The notes under the pieces: model-generated
The model's database searches: none
The model's input: only the letters and a program-made list of their open reading frames with translations
Told to the model about the DNA's origin: nothing
Shown: piece after piece, positions 1 through 10,733 of the stretch
How the letters are laid out: each line of letters starts with the position of its first letter
Numbering within the stretch: position 1 is the first letter of the stretch
Position numbers and translations under genes: made by a program
Source: an uncultured Verrucomicrobiae bacterium
Lineage (GTDB): Bacteria; Verrucomicrobiota; Verrucomicrobiia; Limisphaerales; Palsa-1400
Length of the DNA: 64,000 bases
Direction of reading: 5' to 3'
Assembly (NCBI GenBank): GCA_963764165.1
Contig: CAVXRD010000001.1
Coordinates: forward strand, 480,001-544,000

Positions 1-1847
1 TTTCCCCAGTACGCCCATATACACGTGTTCGTTCCGCTCAAAACCGGCAACCGAACCCAAACGGTCGACGTGCCGGCAGTGTTCCATTGATTAATCTCAT
101 GCGGAATGACCGTCAGGCCGCCAGCATCCGTGAATCGCAAATCGCCACCGGTCGCTGAGGCGAACGTTGAATATGAAAATCCCGCCAGGCCGTTGCTGAA
201 TTCCATCAAGGCCGGAAAATTTCCCAGCGCCTCAGCGCGGTTATAACCAGGAAATGTGATCCTCATTCGGCAGGCATAGTTCGTCGTTGCCAAACCTGCC
301 GTGCTTAGCGGATTCGCGGCAGGAGCCCAAACTTGGGCGCTCGCGTTGCTGGCGAAGAACGACACATAGTAATTCGTTCCGGCCAGCAAGTTGGTCAACA
401 AGACCGAATAGGTCGTCGGATTGAAGTTTGTATTGATGGCAACCACCATGCTGGATTCCCAACTCGCGGGGTTCTGCCCGCCATTCTGCCGCCCCCAATA
501 CACCGATACCGTCGCATCGTCATCGCCGTAAACGCCTTGCGCGAGCGAGGCGGAAGCAGAAGCGATTGTTTCGGATAGAAGGCTGACGTTTGCGTTCGTC
601 AGCGTGAGATTCACCGGGGCCGCCAGTGGCGAGTTCAGCATCGGTGACACAAGCGCCGAATACTGCGTGTCCGTGGGCAAAGCTCCTGTGGACTCGTTAA
701 ACTGCGCCACCATGAGTTTGGCCGCGTTCAGGAAATACTGGTGCAGATAGTAACACGGCGCTTTTGTATCGGTTGGGCTTATGAGATAATAGTTAGTCCC
801 TCCCGCCGAAGGCGTCTGGTTGTTGTACATCTCCCAAAAAAGTATGAAAGGCAGGCATTGTCCTCCGTAATTCCAACCGAGCAGACGTTGGATGTAGGAA
901 CGCGTCACCGGCTCTTGGGCGGCAGGCGTTTCATAACCCCAGCCATACTCGCCGATCCACAACCGCTCACCCTGAACGACCGGCGCTTTGTTGGTCGGAA
1001 TGTGTGACTGGATGTAGTTTAGCGTCGTGTACAAATCCGAACTGCTCAGATTCTGCGCATCGTAGGATGAGTACGAAACATAATCCAGATTCGTCACGTA
1101 AGGAATGACGTCATTAATGACGCGCTCGTTATTGGTCGGTCCATTCAGCATCGCATCGCGCACGCGGTTGCACTCGGAATAATTGTAAACGAAGACGTTT
1201 GTGTGGGCCGTGGCGTTCTTTGCATCATCAACCGCCTTCTGCCGGTTGTTCAGCCAGCCGATCATTCCCGAGATCGTCGCAGCCGACGGATTCGTGGCCC
1301 ACGCCGTCCCGTTTACGGTAACGCTCAAGTAGCCATCCCCTTCCCAATGACCAAGGTAAAACGTCTTGCCGGAATTGTTATAGTTGGTCAGAAGGTAGCA
1401 CGTAAGTTGATACATTTCCGTATAATCCACCGCTCCCTGGGTGGCATTATACCCGCCGCCCCACCACTCATCGGAATTTCCGAATGGATACTCCCAAATG
1501 ATGAAATGGCGAAATGGCATGTCCAGCACTTGTTTGTAGGATGGCTCATCGCGCGCCTCGGTGATCAAGTTGGTTACATTTGATGGCAGCGTGACGCCCG
1601 CCTGATAGGCGGAGTCACTCCCCATGTAGAACTTAATGACGTCACTCCCCATGTTGGTGATCGCCTCAGCGGTTTCAACAAGCACCGTGTTGGTTGTGAA
1701 ATGGTACAGCCCTGCGAAGGTCTCCGTTCCGACACGAATGTTGTAGCCATCCACTGCCGGAATGGCGAGAGTGGCCGCCAGGCCGGACGCAGCCGCCACC
1801 GCCCAGGCGCCCAAAATAAGAGGCATTTTCATCCAATTTTGATACAA
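1..1847 (-). CDS. Secreted protein with an N-terminal clan GH-A-like TIM-barrel domain and a DUF2341-like domain; runs off the left edge
   Basis: Not in the ORF track because it is open-ended. Manual translation: TTG at 1847 (AAGGAGG upstream) or ATG at 1832, MKMPLILGAWAVAAASGLAATLA (signal peptide), motifs YLGHWEGD, WIGEYG, FWEMYNN; last segment RITFPGYNRAEALGNFPAL..GGDLRFTD..IPHEINQWN..STVWVRLPVL..IWAYWG matches the DUF2341-like block of the neighbouring gene. Confidence 0.85.
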   Translation of the reverse strand, partial: MYQNWMKMPLILGAWAVAAASGLAATLAIPAVDGYNIRVGTETFAGLYHFTTNTVLVETAEAITNMGSDVIKFYMGSDSAYQAGVTLPSNVTNLITEARDEPSYKQVLDMPFRHFIIWEYPFGNSDEWWGGGYNATQGAVDYTEMYQLTCYLLTNYNNSGKTFYLGHWEGDGYLSVTVNGTAWATNPSAATISGMIGWLNNRQKAVDDAKNATAHTNVFVYNYSECNRVRDAMLNGPTNNERVINDVIPYVTNLDYVSYSSYDAQNLSSSDLYTTLNYIQSHIPTNKAPVVQGERLWIGEYGWGYETPAAQEPVTRSYIQRLLGWNYGGQCLPFILFWEMYNNQTPSAGGTNYYLISPTDTKAPCYYLHQYFLNAAKLMVAQFNESTGALPTDTQYSALVSPMLNSPLAAPVNLTLTNANVSLLSETIASASASLAQGVYGDDDATVSVYWGRQNGGQNPASWESSMVVAINTNFNPTTYSVLLTNLLAGTNYYVSFFASNASAQVWAPAANPLSTAGLATTNYACRMRITFPGYNRAEALGNFPALMEFSNGLAGFSYSTFASATGGDLRFTDAGGLTVIPHEINQWNTAGTSTVWVRLPVLSGTNTCIWAYWG

Positions 1848-1934
1848 AATTTGCCTCCTTAGCAATCGAGGCGTGCGCCATGCTTAGACGGACGCCTGGT
1901 TGCAATTATTCAGAAACTCTCCGGGCTGCTATTC

Positions 1935-4900
1935 CTACTTGCCCTGCAAGCGGTAGAAATGACTTCCAGCCGCGGCGGGCACGGTCTGCTGCCAGACGCC
2001 ATTTGTCATAATGGCGGTTGTGTTGGTTACAGGGGTCCAGCTTGCGGGTGCGGCCAGACTCGTTGTCGTCTCCAGAGTGAACGCTCCATCCCCGGTCGGC
2101 CATGTAAACTCATAGCCGCCCGCGTACGGCGCGATAGTCAGGGTCGGCTGGAGATTGACCGATGAGTAACTTAAAAATGAGCTTTCATACATATTCAAAT
2201 ACGTCGTCGCAATCCAGTTGCTGGACGCAATGCCAGATTGGACACGCGCTTCGTCGATGGTGCCGTTGAAATAGAACACCGGGTCAAGGAATGCGCCCAG
2301 ATTCAGTTGGTTCGTCAATCCAAACGTCGGCACTGCTGCACCCTTGTCGTTATAGACTCCATCCACATACAGCTCAGCAATGGAGTTGACCTGATCCCAC
2401 GTGGTGGCCAGCAAATGCCACTGGGCGACCGGCACTGTTCCGGCCGCGCTAAATGGATCAGCGCCCCCGCCAGCGCCGTTGCCGCTGTCGAAGTGGACGG
2501 CGCCGTCGCTCGTGTTGTAAGTATTGACGAACAACGAGAAGCCGTTGTTGCCATAACCGCCATGCGCGTTGGCCCAGACGGTTTGAATGTTCGCGGCGGT
2601 TGCACTCAAATAAACCCACGCATACGTCGTGAATTGATTGCTGAGCGTGACAACGCCGGGTGTGATGAAGTCGGATGTCCCGTTGAAATCCTCCCCATGA
2701 CCTACAATTCCAGTCGCCTGGACTGGCGCCACGCCGTTGGTGGCCGGATATTGGCCCGTGCTATCGGCATAGGGGAACCCGCTCTCTTTCAAGTGGTAGA
2801 CAACTTCGTAATCGGCATTTAGCCAGACATTGGTGGATCCAGGGGATTCGTCGGTATCGTTAGACTTGCCCCAATACGCCCAAATGTTCGTTCCGTTGAG
2901 CACAGGCACCCGCACCCAGATCGTGGAAATGCCGTTGTTGTTCCATTCATCAATTTCGAATGGCAGAACTCCCGTCCCGCTGGCATCGGTGAATCGCAAG
3001 TCGGAGCCATTGGTTGCCAACTGCGAATAGGAAAACCCGGGGATTTCCGAGGGATTCAAGGTAATCAGCGCGGGAAAGTTGGTCAGCGGCTGGCCAGTGT
3101 ATCCCGGGAAGCCTATTCTTACGCGATACGCATAGCTGGATGGCGTCAACTGCGGAACCGGCACGCCAATTACCGTAGCGGTGCTGCTGACCGCGGGAAC
3201 GCCATTGGCTTGCGATGCCGTGGCGGAATTTGTAATCGTGACGTAGTAACTATTTGTCCCCGCCAGAGCGGTGAATGTATAGCTGGAATTGGTCGCTCCA
3301 GCCACAGCATTGCCATCGGCATACCATTGGTAGCTGAAAGGCGCCGTGCCAGAGACGATCACAGCAAAGGTGATCGAATCCAATCCAGAATACAGCTCCA
3401 CCGTCTGCTGAAGAGGCGAGATGTCCTGAACGATTTGCGGCGGCCCGAGCGCCACGCTCAAATATGGGTAATCACTCACAGTTCCATAAGCGTTCGACAC
3501 CGTGATGGTGTACTGCCCCTGTGAACTCGCCTGCACATTTGAAATCACCAGCGTGGGATTGGTGGAGACCAGATTATTATTGGGATCAAACCAACTGTAG
3601 GAGAGCGGCGCTGTCCCGGTTGCCACGACCGTGAATTCAGCAGTGGATCCGACGTTGGTCGTTTCATTTTGCGGGGTCAAAGACTCGATGATCGGCGCAA
3701 CGCCTGAGGCGAAGTAATGATTTTGAACCTGGGCCGGAGTCAGGGCATAGTTGTAAACGGCCACCTCGTCTATGGCTCCAAAAAATTGGTTGTCGTATTG
3801 CGACCCAAGACTTTCCTGGCGCGCGCCGATCGTCAACGGCTGGGTCGAAGTCAGCACGCCGCTTTTGACAGGTATGTTTCCGGTGCCCGCATTGGTTCCA
3901 TCAATATAGATATGCACATGCCCGTTTGCTTCATCGCACACTCCAACGACATGGTGCCACTCGCCGTCCGTCTGTGGCGCGAAAGTGCTAGTGGCGCTTT
4001 CGGAAGTGCCGCCGGCATCGCGAACGTAAAACCGCAGGTCGTGGGCCGGGTCGCTGCCCCCGCAATCGAGGGCGAATTCCTCGCCGCCGTTACCATAGCC
4101 GATGGAAATGATTCCGCTGTCACTAGAAACACCATATGCCTGCAGCCAGCATTCGACGGAGAACTCGGCGCTTACGTTGGTAGGCGCGGCAAAATTCACA
4201 TTGGTGGGCACCCAGCCGACGTAACTATTGTTGGCACTCACAATGCCAAATACTGGCGCCGCCCCTTCTGTCGGGTCCGTTGTGGTGTCGTAGGGGGCGG
4301 CGTCGGCCAAGGCCACATTCGTGTATATGCCATTGTATCCACCGACATAGTCAAAGGCAGTGTCGCCTGAACTTTCGTCCAGCCGCCAGAATGCCATGGG
4401 GCCATCCTCCAGCACCGCCACTGGATACGGCGCGGTGGGATCCGGCAAAATCGTCACCGTGATTGGACCCGTGGAGGTTGAACCTGCGACATTGGATGCC
4501 GTTCCGACGTAGGTGGCGCCCGCTTGAACATTCGTGATCCGATAGGTTCCATTGGTGGATACGACGACTCCGTTTGAAGTCCACGAGTAAGCAATCGGAA
4601 CGGCGCCTACCGCCCCGATCGTCAGCGACGGGCTGGATCCGGCATAGACCATGATGTTGGCTTGCGATTCATTCACGAAGGTTGGCGCTCCGTAAATGTA
4701 GACTTGAACCACCGAGCTTGTAGCGGGCGCGCCGAATCCGTTGGCGGCAACAAAATACCAGCTTCCACTGGCGTTCGTGAGCACTGAACTGTAAGACAGA
4801 ATTGCATTCGTTTGGCCAGATACGGGCACAAAGCTCGAACTGCCAGGAGCCTCCTGATACCATTGATACGAGATGGGCTGCGAACCGCCAACGATACCTG

Positions 4901-6698
4901 AAGCCGCAATCGGCGAGCCTTGATTATTTGTGACACCCACTGGCTGGACTCGAATGTAGGGCGGCACTTCAGCCGTATTGAACAGGGACTGAATTTCAGC
5001 CGCAGTCAGCGCATTTGTCCAGAAAGCCACGTGAGCCACCTGGCCGTCGAAATCACGGATAGTGTTGGCGGAACCCCAGCTTGCGTAAGTGTATTCCGAA
5101 TCCCCGCCCAGCAGTAGATCATTGACATTTCCGGCGATTTTAATGCCGTTTGTGTTCGAGGCTGTGACAGCCAGCGCCCCGTCAAGATACATATACTCGT
5201 TGGTGCCATCGCTCACACCAGCAACCATGTGCCAGTGGCCGTCATTAAAAGCCCAGCCGTTCGTGGCAACGGCAGCCGCGGTCGTGAACTGCAACTCGGG
5301 CCCCGGCCCTGGATTAAAGTGGTTTTCCGCCGCGACTTGCCCCAGCGCAAGCCGGTACGAGCTGTCGCCGTGCCCCACCATCTCTTGGAAGCGCCCAGGC
5401 GCATCGGCAATATTGCCTCGGAACCATGTGACAAGTGTCAATGGAACCGCATTGGAAGGGTTCAGGGCCGCGGGCAAACTGCCGCCTCCCACGTCCACCG
5501 CCCCAAACCAGCCGTTGATGGCGACGCTGGTGCTGGAACCGCCAAAGCCGCCGTAACCGGGACCCGCCGCGCCAGGGCTGGTGCCCGGCTGATACACGCC
5601 GTTCGCCGCCGCGCCGATCGTTCCGTAGTTTGTAGCCGCGGGAAACGTGCGGGCGGGATAGCCGGCGTTAGTTTGATAAACGGGATCGTTTAACCGATAG
5701 TAAAAGCCGGGATTATCCGCCAGAACGGACGCTGGGTAGTTTGCTCCAAACGTGGAATTTGTGCCGTAAGCCGTTTGATAGTGGTTTAGAATGCTGCTCT
5801 GTGGCAATACTTCGTTGTAGATGGCGACATCGCCTATCGTCCCCTTGAATCCGTTGCCATAGGAGGCGGAAGGTTCGCTGCCAGAACCGATCATCAGCGG
5901 CGTGCTGGGATCCGGGACAAATGGCTTGCCGTCCTTGCTTATGATGTTCAGAGTGCTTACCAGGTTGCCGTTCGTGTATAACGCTTCGGTGGTGCCATCA
6001 AAGGTCGCAACAACATGGATCCACTCGTTTAGCCCCACCCAGCCGTAAGTGTGGCTTGAGTCCAGTTCATGACCCTTGCTTTCGGCGTTGGTTCCATTGC
6101 ATATGAAAAAGAAGTAGTTTTGATAGCTTCCGAGCTCAACGCCGGACCACCCAAGCCCAGTGCCGCCGTAGAACGGATTGTTTGTGTTCGGGCCCCCGTA
6201 ATTCACCGTCGAAAAACCGCCCTGCCCAACGATATCGAACAGGCCGTTGTTCGTGCTGGCGAACTTCACCCATGCCTCTATTGAGAATGGCGGGGTCAGC
6301 GTCAAATTTGTGTTGATCGCGCCATTCGCCGTGCGAGGCACAATAACGTACTGCCCCGGCTGACCGGCGCATACCATGCCGACGCTATTATCGAACGGCG
6401 CAGTGACAGCGGGCGCCTGCGCAATGTTATTCGTAATATACCACGTCGTGCCGGACGGTTGGTACCAGGCGCCGTAATAACCGTTCGCCTGCCCGCCAAG
6501 AGTTCCGAGATTGACAGCGATATTGCTGAACGCAAAAGCAGACGGCGGAGGAACCGTTTCGTTTAAGGGCCAGTAACCAGCCGGACTCAAATTCGTTACT
6601 GCCTGAAAGTAGGGACTCGAAGGCTGGGCTTGGGCTGCCGAATTAACGGCCAGCGCCGCAATGATGGCGGCGGAACGGGTGAGCGTGTTTCTTGGCAT
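1935..6698 (-). CDS. Large secreted LamG/ConA-like + Ig-like + DUF2341 domain protein (1587 aa) with C-terminal FYRL domain
   Basis: Signal peptide; about four LamG-type blocks (WIHVVATFDG, WHMVAGVSDG, WHHVVGVCD, IDEARV); Ig I-set-like blocks (PLSYQW); DUF2341-like DLRFTD..FEIDEWN..WAYWG. Confidence 0.9.
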   Translation of the reverse strand: MPRNTLTRSAAIIAALAVNSAAQAQPSSPYFQAVTNLSPAGYWPLNETVPPPSAFAFSNIAVNLGTLGGQANGYYGAWYQPSGTTWYITNNIAQAPAVTAPFDNSVGMVCAGQPGQYVIVPRTANGAINTNLTLTPPFSIEAWVKFASTNNGLFDIVGQGGFSTVNYGGPNTNNPFYGGTGLGWSGVELGSYQNYFFFICNGTNAESKGHELDSSHTYGWVGLNEWIHVVATFDGTTEALYTNGNLVSTLNIISKDGKPFVPDPSTPLMIGSGSEPSASYGNGFKGTIGDVAIYNEVLPQSSILNHYQTAYGTNSTFGANYPASVLADNPGFYYRLNDPVYQTNAGYPARTFPAATNYGTIGAAANGVYQPGTSPGAAGPGYGGFGGSSTSVAINGWFGAVDVGGGSLPAALNPSNAVPLTLVTWFRGNIADAPGRFQEMVGHGDSSYRLALGQVAAENHFNPGPGPELQFTTAAAVATNGWAFNDGHWHMVAGVSDGTNEYMYLDGALAVTASNTNGIKIAGNVNDLLLGGDSEYTYASWGSANTIRDFDGQVAHVAFWTNALTAAEIQSLFNTAEVPPYIRVQPVGVTNNQGSPIAASGIVGGSQPISYQWYQEAPGSSSFVPVSGQTNAILSYSSVLTNASGSWYFVAANGFGAPATSSVVQVYIYGAPTFVNESQANIMVYAGSSPSLTIGAVGAVPIAYSWTSNGVVVSTNGTYRITNVQAGATYVGTASNVAGSTSTGPITVTILPDPTAPYPVAVLEDGPMAFWRLDESSGDTAFDYVGGYNGIYTNVALADAAPYDTTTDPTEGAAPVFGIVSANNSYVGWVPTNVNFAAPTNVSAEFSVECWLQAYGVSSDSGIISIGYGNGGEEFALDCGGSDPAHDLRFYVRDAGGTSESATSTFAPQTDGEWHHVVGVCDEANGHVHIYIDGTNAGTGNIPVKSGVLTSTQPLTIGARQESLGSQYDNQFFGAIDEVAVYNYALTPAQVQNHYFASGVAPIIESLTPQNETTNVGSTAEFTVVATGTAPLSYSWFDPNNNLVSTNPTLVISNVQASSQGQYTITVSNAYGTVSDYPYLSVALGPPQIVQDISPLQQTVELYSGLDSITFAVIVSGTAPFSYQWYADGNAVAGATNSSYTFTALAGTNSYYVTITNSATASQANGVPAVSSTATVIGVPVPQLTPSSYAYRVRIGFPGYTGQPLTNFPALITLNPSEIPGFSYSQLATNGSDLRFTDASGTGVLPFEIDEWNNNGISTIWVRVPVLNGTNIWAYWGKSNDTDESPGSTNVWLNADYEVVYHLKESGFPYADSTGQYPATNGVAPVQATGIVGHGEDFNGTSDFITPGVVTLSNQFTTYAWVYLSATAANIQTVWANAHGGYGNNGFSLFVNTYNTSDGAVHFDSGNGAGGGADPFSAAGTVPVAQWHLLATTWDQVNSIAELYVDGVYNDKGAAVPTFGLTNQLNLGAFLDPVFYFNGTIDEARVQSGIASSNWIATTYLNMYESSFLSYSSVNLQPTLTIAPYAGGYEFTWPTGDGAFTLETTTSLAAPASWTPVTNTTAIMTNGVWQQTVPAAAGSHFYRLQGK

Positions 6699-7065
6699 AG
6701 TGTTTGAACGTGTTGACTAAAATGCTTAATTGTATTGACACTGAGTGATTGATTCCTCTTATGACAGCTAACCTATACGATTCGATATTAAGGGTGACAA
6801 GTTAAAATAGCCGCCTGGAATTCGATTTAACCTCACCGACACAATTACCGGCATATTCCTGGCAGATGTCGTCATATAAGCTATTCCCGGGCAGCAAAGA
6901 CAATTCGTCTCAACAATACCCTGCCCGGGCATTTCTTTGCTGTGGTGCCGGAAAATCTCGCAGGTCGGGCGGGAAAAGTCCATTATATTCTTGCCTGACT
7001 CACCCTGTTTGCAGCCTAAGACTTCCCCTTACGAAGGCCTCAAGGAATTTACGAGTGGAAACAAA

Positions 7066-7260
7066 ATAAAATCCTCCGCGTCATGCGGCCATGGGCCTTG
7101 GCGGCGAATGAAAACGCAAACCAGACGCTAATATTTTTGCAGAGCTGTTCCAGCGCGGCGGCTGCTTGCGTATCGCCCTTCCCCGCGGCCAGCACCGTCG
7201 TCCAATGCGTGGTGGTGAAAAGAGAAGCTTCACTAGCCGGCGCGGATAGCTCCGGCCCAT
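7066..7260 (-). pseudogene. Degenerate ECF sigma factor fragment, paralogue of 15152..15913
   Basis: FTTTHWTTVLAAGKGDTQAAAALEQLCK, then a one-base frameshift at about 7135 into Y*RLVCVFIRRQGPWPHDAEDF, aligning with FSTTLWTVV...ALEHLCRIYWRPVYAFIRRRGASPHDAEDL of the intact gene. No further similarity seen. Confidence 0.85.
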
Positions 7261-7497
7261 CTGCGCTCTTCCGCGAAAGGTCGTTGGTTTTTAAAGCGGC
7301 TGCCGGGGTAAACAAAACTGCCCCCTGTGGTCAGCCATTTTCAAAGCACGTTCCATCGCGCGGAAAACGAAGCCGGCCTCTTTTCCATAGCTCCTGAGTT
7401 ATCGATCAAATTATCCGCCTTTTCGCGGGGTCATTAGCCTGCACCTGCGGCCAAAGCAGTTCGCAAATGTCCTCAGCCGTGACAATCCCGTTGAGAC

Positions 7498-7647
7498 GGG
7501 TAGTGCGACCGTCTCGGTCGCCTCCAGTCGGCGCCCCGCCGACTGGCTCTGGCGGAAAATGTGGATTCACCTTTCGGTGATCTATCAAAAGCGTAAGGTG
7601 TCTTCGGCGGGACGCCGAAGAAGGCGGTCGAGACGACCGCGCTCCCC
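7498..7647. repeat. REPIN-like element: two inverted double-hairpin REP units around a central hairpin
   Basis: GGGTAGTGCGACCGTCTCGGTCGCCTCCAGTCGGCGCCCCGCCGACTGG (7498-7546); opposite strand GGGGAGCGCGGTCGTCTCGACCGCCTTCTTCGGCGTCCCGCCGAAGA (7601-7647); central TCACCTTTCGGTGA. Confidence 0.75.
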
Positions 7648-7670
7648 AATTTCAGCTGCATTGTTACGGC

Positions 7671-10600
7671 TCAGGGAGTTGAGAAAAAGTAAAAGCGATC
7701 CGGGTAATTCACAGCGTTCGTGTCAGTGAACTGCCACATGCCGCTGGCATCTATGTTGTTGTTTGTGAAAATCGGCTCCCAAAGGCTGGGTTCCGCCAGA
7801 TTGGTTGTGGCCCACAGGCGGGCGCTGCTGCCTGGCAATCCGGTCAAATTCAGCGTAATGCTTCCGTCGGAGTTCCGCGCAGGGTTGGAGAGCAATGGAG
7901 CGATTAGGGTGAGCGTGGCCACGCCGCTGGTCGCGCTGCCATAAAGATTGGTGACGGTGACCGAATAAATTCCTGCTTGCTGTACGCGAATATTCGGCAG
8001 GGTCAACGTCTCGAGGAACGGCCCTTCCACGGGGTTGGTTTGATTGAAATACCATTGGAATGAGGCCGGATACGGGCTGAGGACGCCAACGTTGAACTGC
8101 ACTGTCCCGCCGACCAGTGCGGTTTGACTCAGCGGCCCGAAGTTCGTAATAACCGGGTAGCAATTTGTCAGGACTTGGACTGTTGTTGTTTGGACGTAAG
8201 GAGAGCCGGGATTAGCGCCGGATGCCGTGGACCCAGTGTAATTATTGACGGAAACGGTAACGGTGTATGTGCCAGCCTCGCCGTATTGCTTTTCGAATAT
8301 AGTTTCGGGCTGGGTGAAAATCGAAGGCGTCGTTCCGTCGCCCCAGTCGACCGTCCCGCTCGCTGAGGTGACCGTGACCACGCCGGGATTGGGATTTACC
8401 ACCACGTCGAATGTCATCGGTTCGCCCGTGCAACCCAGATTGTTGAACGTCGCCGGAACGAAGTAAGATTGGTTGATCGTCGCCGTAGCGGCGCCGGTGG
8501 TTGTGGTTGAATGGCCGTCGAAACTGCCGCCTCCAACGAGCGGAAAGGTTCCCGAGCCGCCGGCAAGGGCGTAGCCAAAGGTGCGCGCGTGATTGTCAAA
8601 ATACGGTCCCCATTGGATGGCGCCGGTCGCTCCATTCCATAATCCGTCCGCGGAAATGGCGGTTGGCATTACGCCCGGCGGCAACACCTCGGTAACGGTA
8701 TAACAATTCACACTTCCTTGCGGTGTCGCAGCTATGGCCACAGACGGGAAAAGCGTGCCATTGCCTGACACGGTTCTGGCCAGCGAGAGCGAATTGGTGG
8801 ATAGGGCCGCATACTCTCCCACGGCGGACGAACTGGGCAGATAACCGGGCCGGAATGCCGCCACGCGCAACGTCGTTTGGGTGTAAAAGGTCAGAGCACT
8901 GGTGTAGAGCGCGCTGGTTTTCGTGGGCACCGTGCCGTCCGTTGTATAATAGATTGCGGCCTCGGGATCAGGCGATGAGATCGTCACCGTCACTGGGAGG
9001 TTGGATGCGGTGGGGGGTAAAAGAATCGGGACGGTTTCTTGCGAGGGCGCGGCGGGCACCGTGTAAGATGAGGAGGATGCAACGGTGACATTCATGATCG
9101 ACTGGCTGCTGACGCCGTCGGCGCTCAGCGTCAATTGCACCGGATAAGTTCCCGGCAGGCCCGTTCCTTGGAAACTGAGACTTTGCCCGTTGACGCCAAA
9201 GAATGGCCCCCAATAGATCGCGTTGTCGCCAGCCACGTAGCTGCCGCCGTCCGAAATGCTGGTCGCGCCCAGGCCTGCGGGCAATGTCGCCGTTACTGCA
9301 ACACAGCTCGCATTGGTCGCCGGAACAAGCCCAAGAGTCACCATTGGCGCCAACGGATTGCTGAAATTCACGCTTGCGGTGAGCGTGGCGTCGGGCGGCG
9401 CGGCTGGCGGCCCGTAAACCGCGACGCTGGCCGAACTAGGGAGGCAGTTGCTGGCAAAAGCGACCGCCCGAATCAGGCTGGCCACTGTGATCGGAAAGGG
9501 CTCGGCATAAAGGAAAGAGTTTGGCGAGCCTTGCGCGGGCAACGATCCATCCAGCGTAAAATAAATCGCGGCATTGGGTGTGGCATCGGTGATTGTGACC
9601 ACGACCGGCACATTGCTGCCGCTGCCAGGGGAAAAGACGGGCGGACTGGCCTGCGTCGGCGGCGTGGACACGCTGTTGGTTGCCTCGGCGGCAATGGTTA
9701 CGTTGGTAATGAGTTGCTCCGAACCAACGCCATCCACACTCCACGAGAATTGGACCGGGTAAGTTCCCGGCGCGCCGACCGCCTGATAACTCAACACCTG
9801 CGCGTTGGTCCCGAAAAATGGACCCCACAAAATAGCGCTGCCGTAAAGACTCCCTCCGCCAGAAATGCTCGTGGCTGACAGCCCCGGCGGCAATGTTTCC
9901 GTGACCGCCAGGCAAGCCGCGTTGGTGCCGGGCACCGCCATGATGGTGACGACTGGCGCGACGGATGCATTAGCATTGATTCCAATATCAACTTGCGCAT
10001 TCGGGAGCGCCGCCGACGGACCATAAACGGCAACACTGGCGGAACTGGGCAGGTAGTTGCTGGCAAACGCAACTGCGCGAATTAGGATCGGGGCCGTTAT
10101 GGAAACGGGATTGGTGTAGAGGATCGAGGCTGGGGAGCTTTGCGTGGGCAACGTGCCGTCCAGCGTGTAATAGATAATAGCATTGGTCACCGCGTTGGTG
10201 ATCGAAACTAGGACTGGAACATTGGAGCCGCTGCCAGGCGTGAAAACCGGCAAGGGCAGCTGCAATGGCGCTGAGGGCGCGGTGATAGGCCCCGTGGTTT
10301 CGAGAATGGTGACCAGAGTTGGGCCCGGAGAAAAGTACCAGGCGCCATCCATCCATGCTCCTCCGCTGACGGGATAACTGGCTGGCAAGCCCTTCAGGCG
10401 GTAGCTGACATTGGTGGCGGCAGTGCTGAAATAGGGCCCCCAACGAATGGCGTTGATAGCCGGCAGCCAAACGCCATCGCCGCTGACGGCGACGGCGGTG
10501 GCGGGAGCGGGAATGGTCTCTTCAATGCTAAAACACGAAACGCCCGCAACCCCCGAAACAGCAATTGTCACCAGCGGTTCGTTGGGAATGTCACTGACGA

Positions 10601-10700
10601 AGGAACGCACGTAGGAAGCCGGAGGGACATTCGTCTGCGCCGAGGCGGCCAGCGCGCTGAAGAGCGCGAGGCATAACGTGGACAGTGTGAATGTTTTCAC
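7671..10700 (-). CDS. Secreted scaffold-like protein: four WGP[YF]F beta-sandwich modules alternating with three CHB_HEX_C/Fn3-associated domains, then PKD-like, Ig-like and C-terminal FY domains
   Basis: GTG start with GAGGAGG RBS; signal peptide; repeats IYYTLDG/IYFTLDG/IYYTTDG and WGPYF/WGPFF/WGPFF/WGPYF; DWGDG PKD motif; ends TTNLAEPSLW...DRFYFFSTP. No catalytic motif seen. Confidence 0.9.
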   Translation of the reverse strand: MKTFTLSTLCLALFSALAASAQTNVPPASYVRSFVSDIPNEPLVTIAVSGVAGVSCFSIEETIPAPATAVAVSGDGVWLPAINAIRWGPYFSTAATNVSYRLKGLPASYPVSGGAWMDGAWYFSPGPTLVTILETTGPITAPSAPLQLPLPVFTPGSGSNVPVLVSITNAVTNAIIYYTLDGTLPTQSSPASILYTNPVSITAPILIRAVAFASNYLPSSASVAVYGPSAALPNAQVDIGINANASVAPVVTIMAVPGTNAACLAVTETLPPGLSATSISGGGSLYGSAILWGPFFGTNAQVLSYQAVGAPGTYPVQFSWSVDGVGSEQLITNVTIAAEATNSVSTPPTQASPPVFSPGSGSNVPVVVTITDATPNAAIYFTLDGSLPAQGSPNSFLYAEPFPITVASLIRAVAFASNCLPSSASVAVYGPPAAPPDATLTASVNFSNPLAPMVTLGLVPATNASCVAVTATLPAGLGATSISDGGSYVAGDNAIYWGPFFGVNGQSLSFQGTGLPGTYPVQLTLSADGVSSQSIMNVTVASSSSYTVPAAPSQETVPILLPPTASNLPVTVTISSPDPEAAIYYTTDGTVPTKTSALYTSALTFYTQTTLRVAAFRPGYLPSSSAVGEYAALSTNSLSLARTVSGNGTLFPSVAIAATPQGSVNCYTVTEVLPPGVMPTAISADGLWNGATGAIQWGPYFDNHARTFGYALAGGSGTFPLVGGGSFDGHSTTTTGAATATINQSYFVPATFNNLGCTGEPMTFDVVVNPNPGVVTVTSASGTVDWGDGTTPSIFTQPETIFEKQYGEAGTYTVTVSVNNYTGSTASGANPGSPYVQTTTVQVLTNCYPVITNFGPLSQTALVGGTVQFNVGVLSPYPASFQWYFNQTNPVEGPFLETLTLPNIRVQQAGIYSVTVTNLYGSATSGVATLTLIAPLLSNPARNSDGSITLNLTGLPGSSARLWATTNLAEPSLWEPIFTNNNIDASGMWQFTDTNAVNYPDRFYFFSTP

Positions 10701-10733
10701 CAGAGATCCTCCTCGTAAGAAGGTTGGAGGTTC

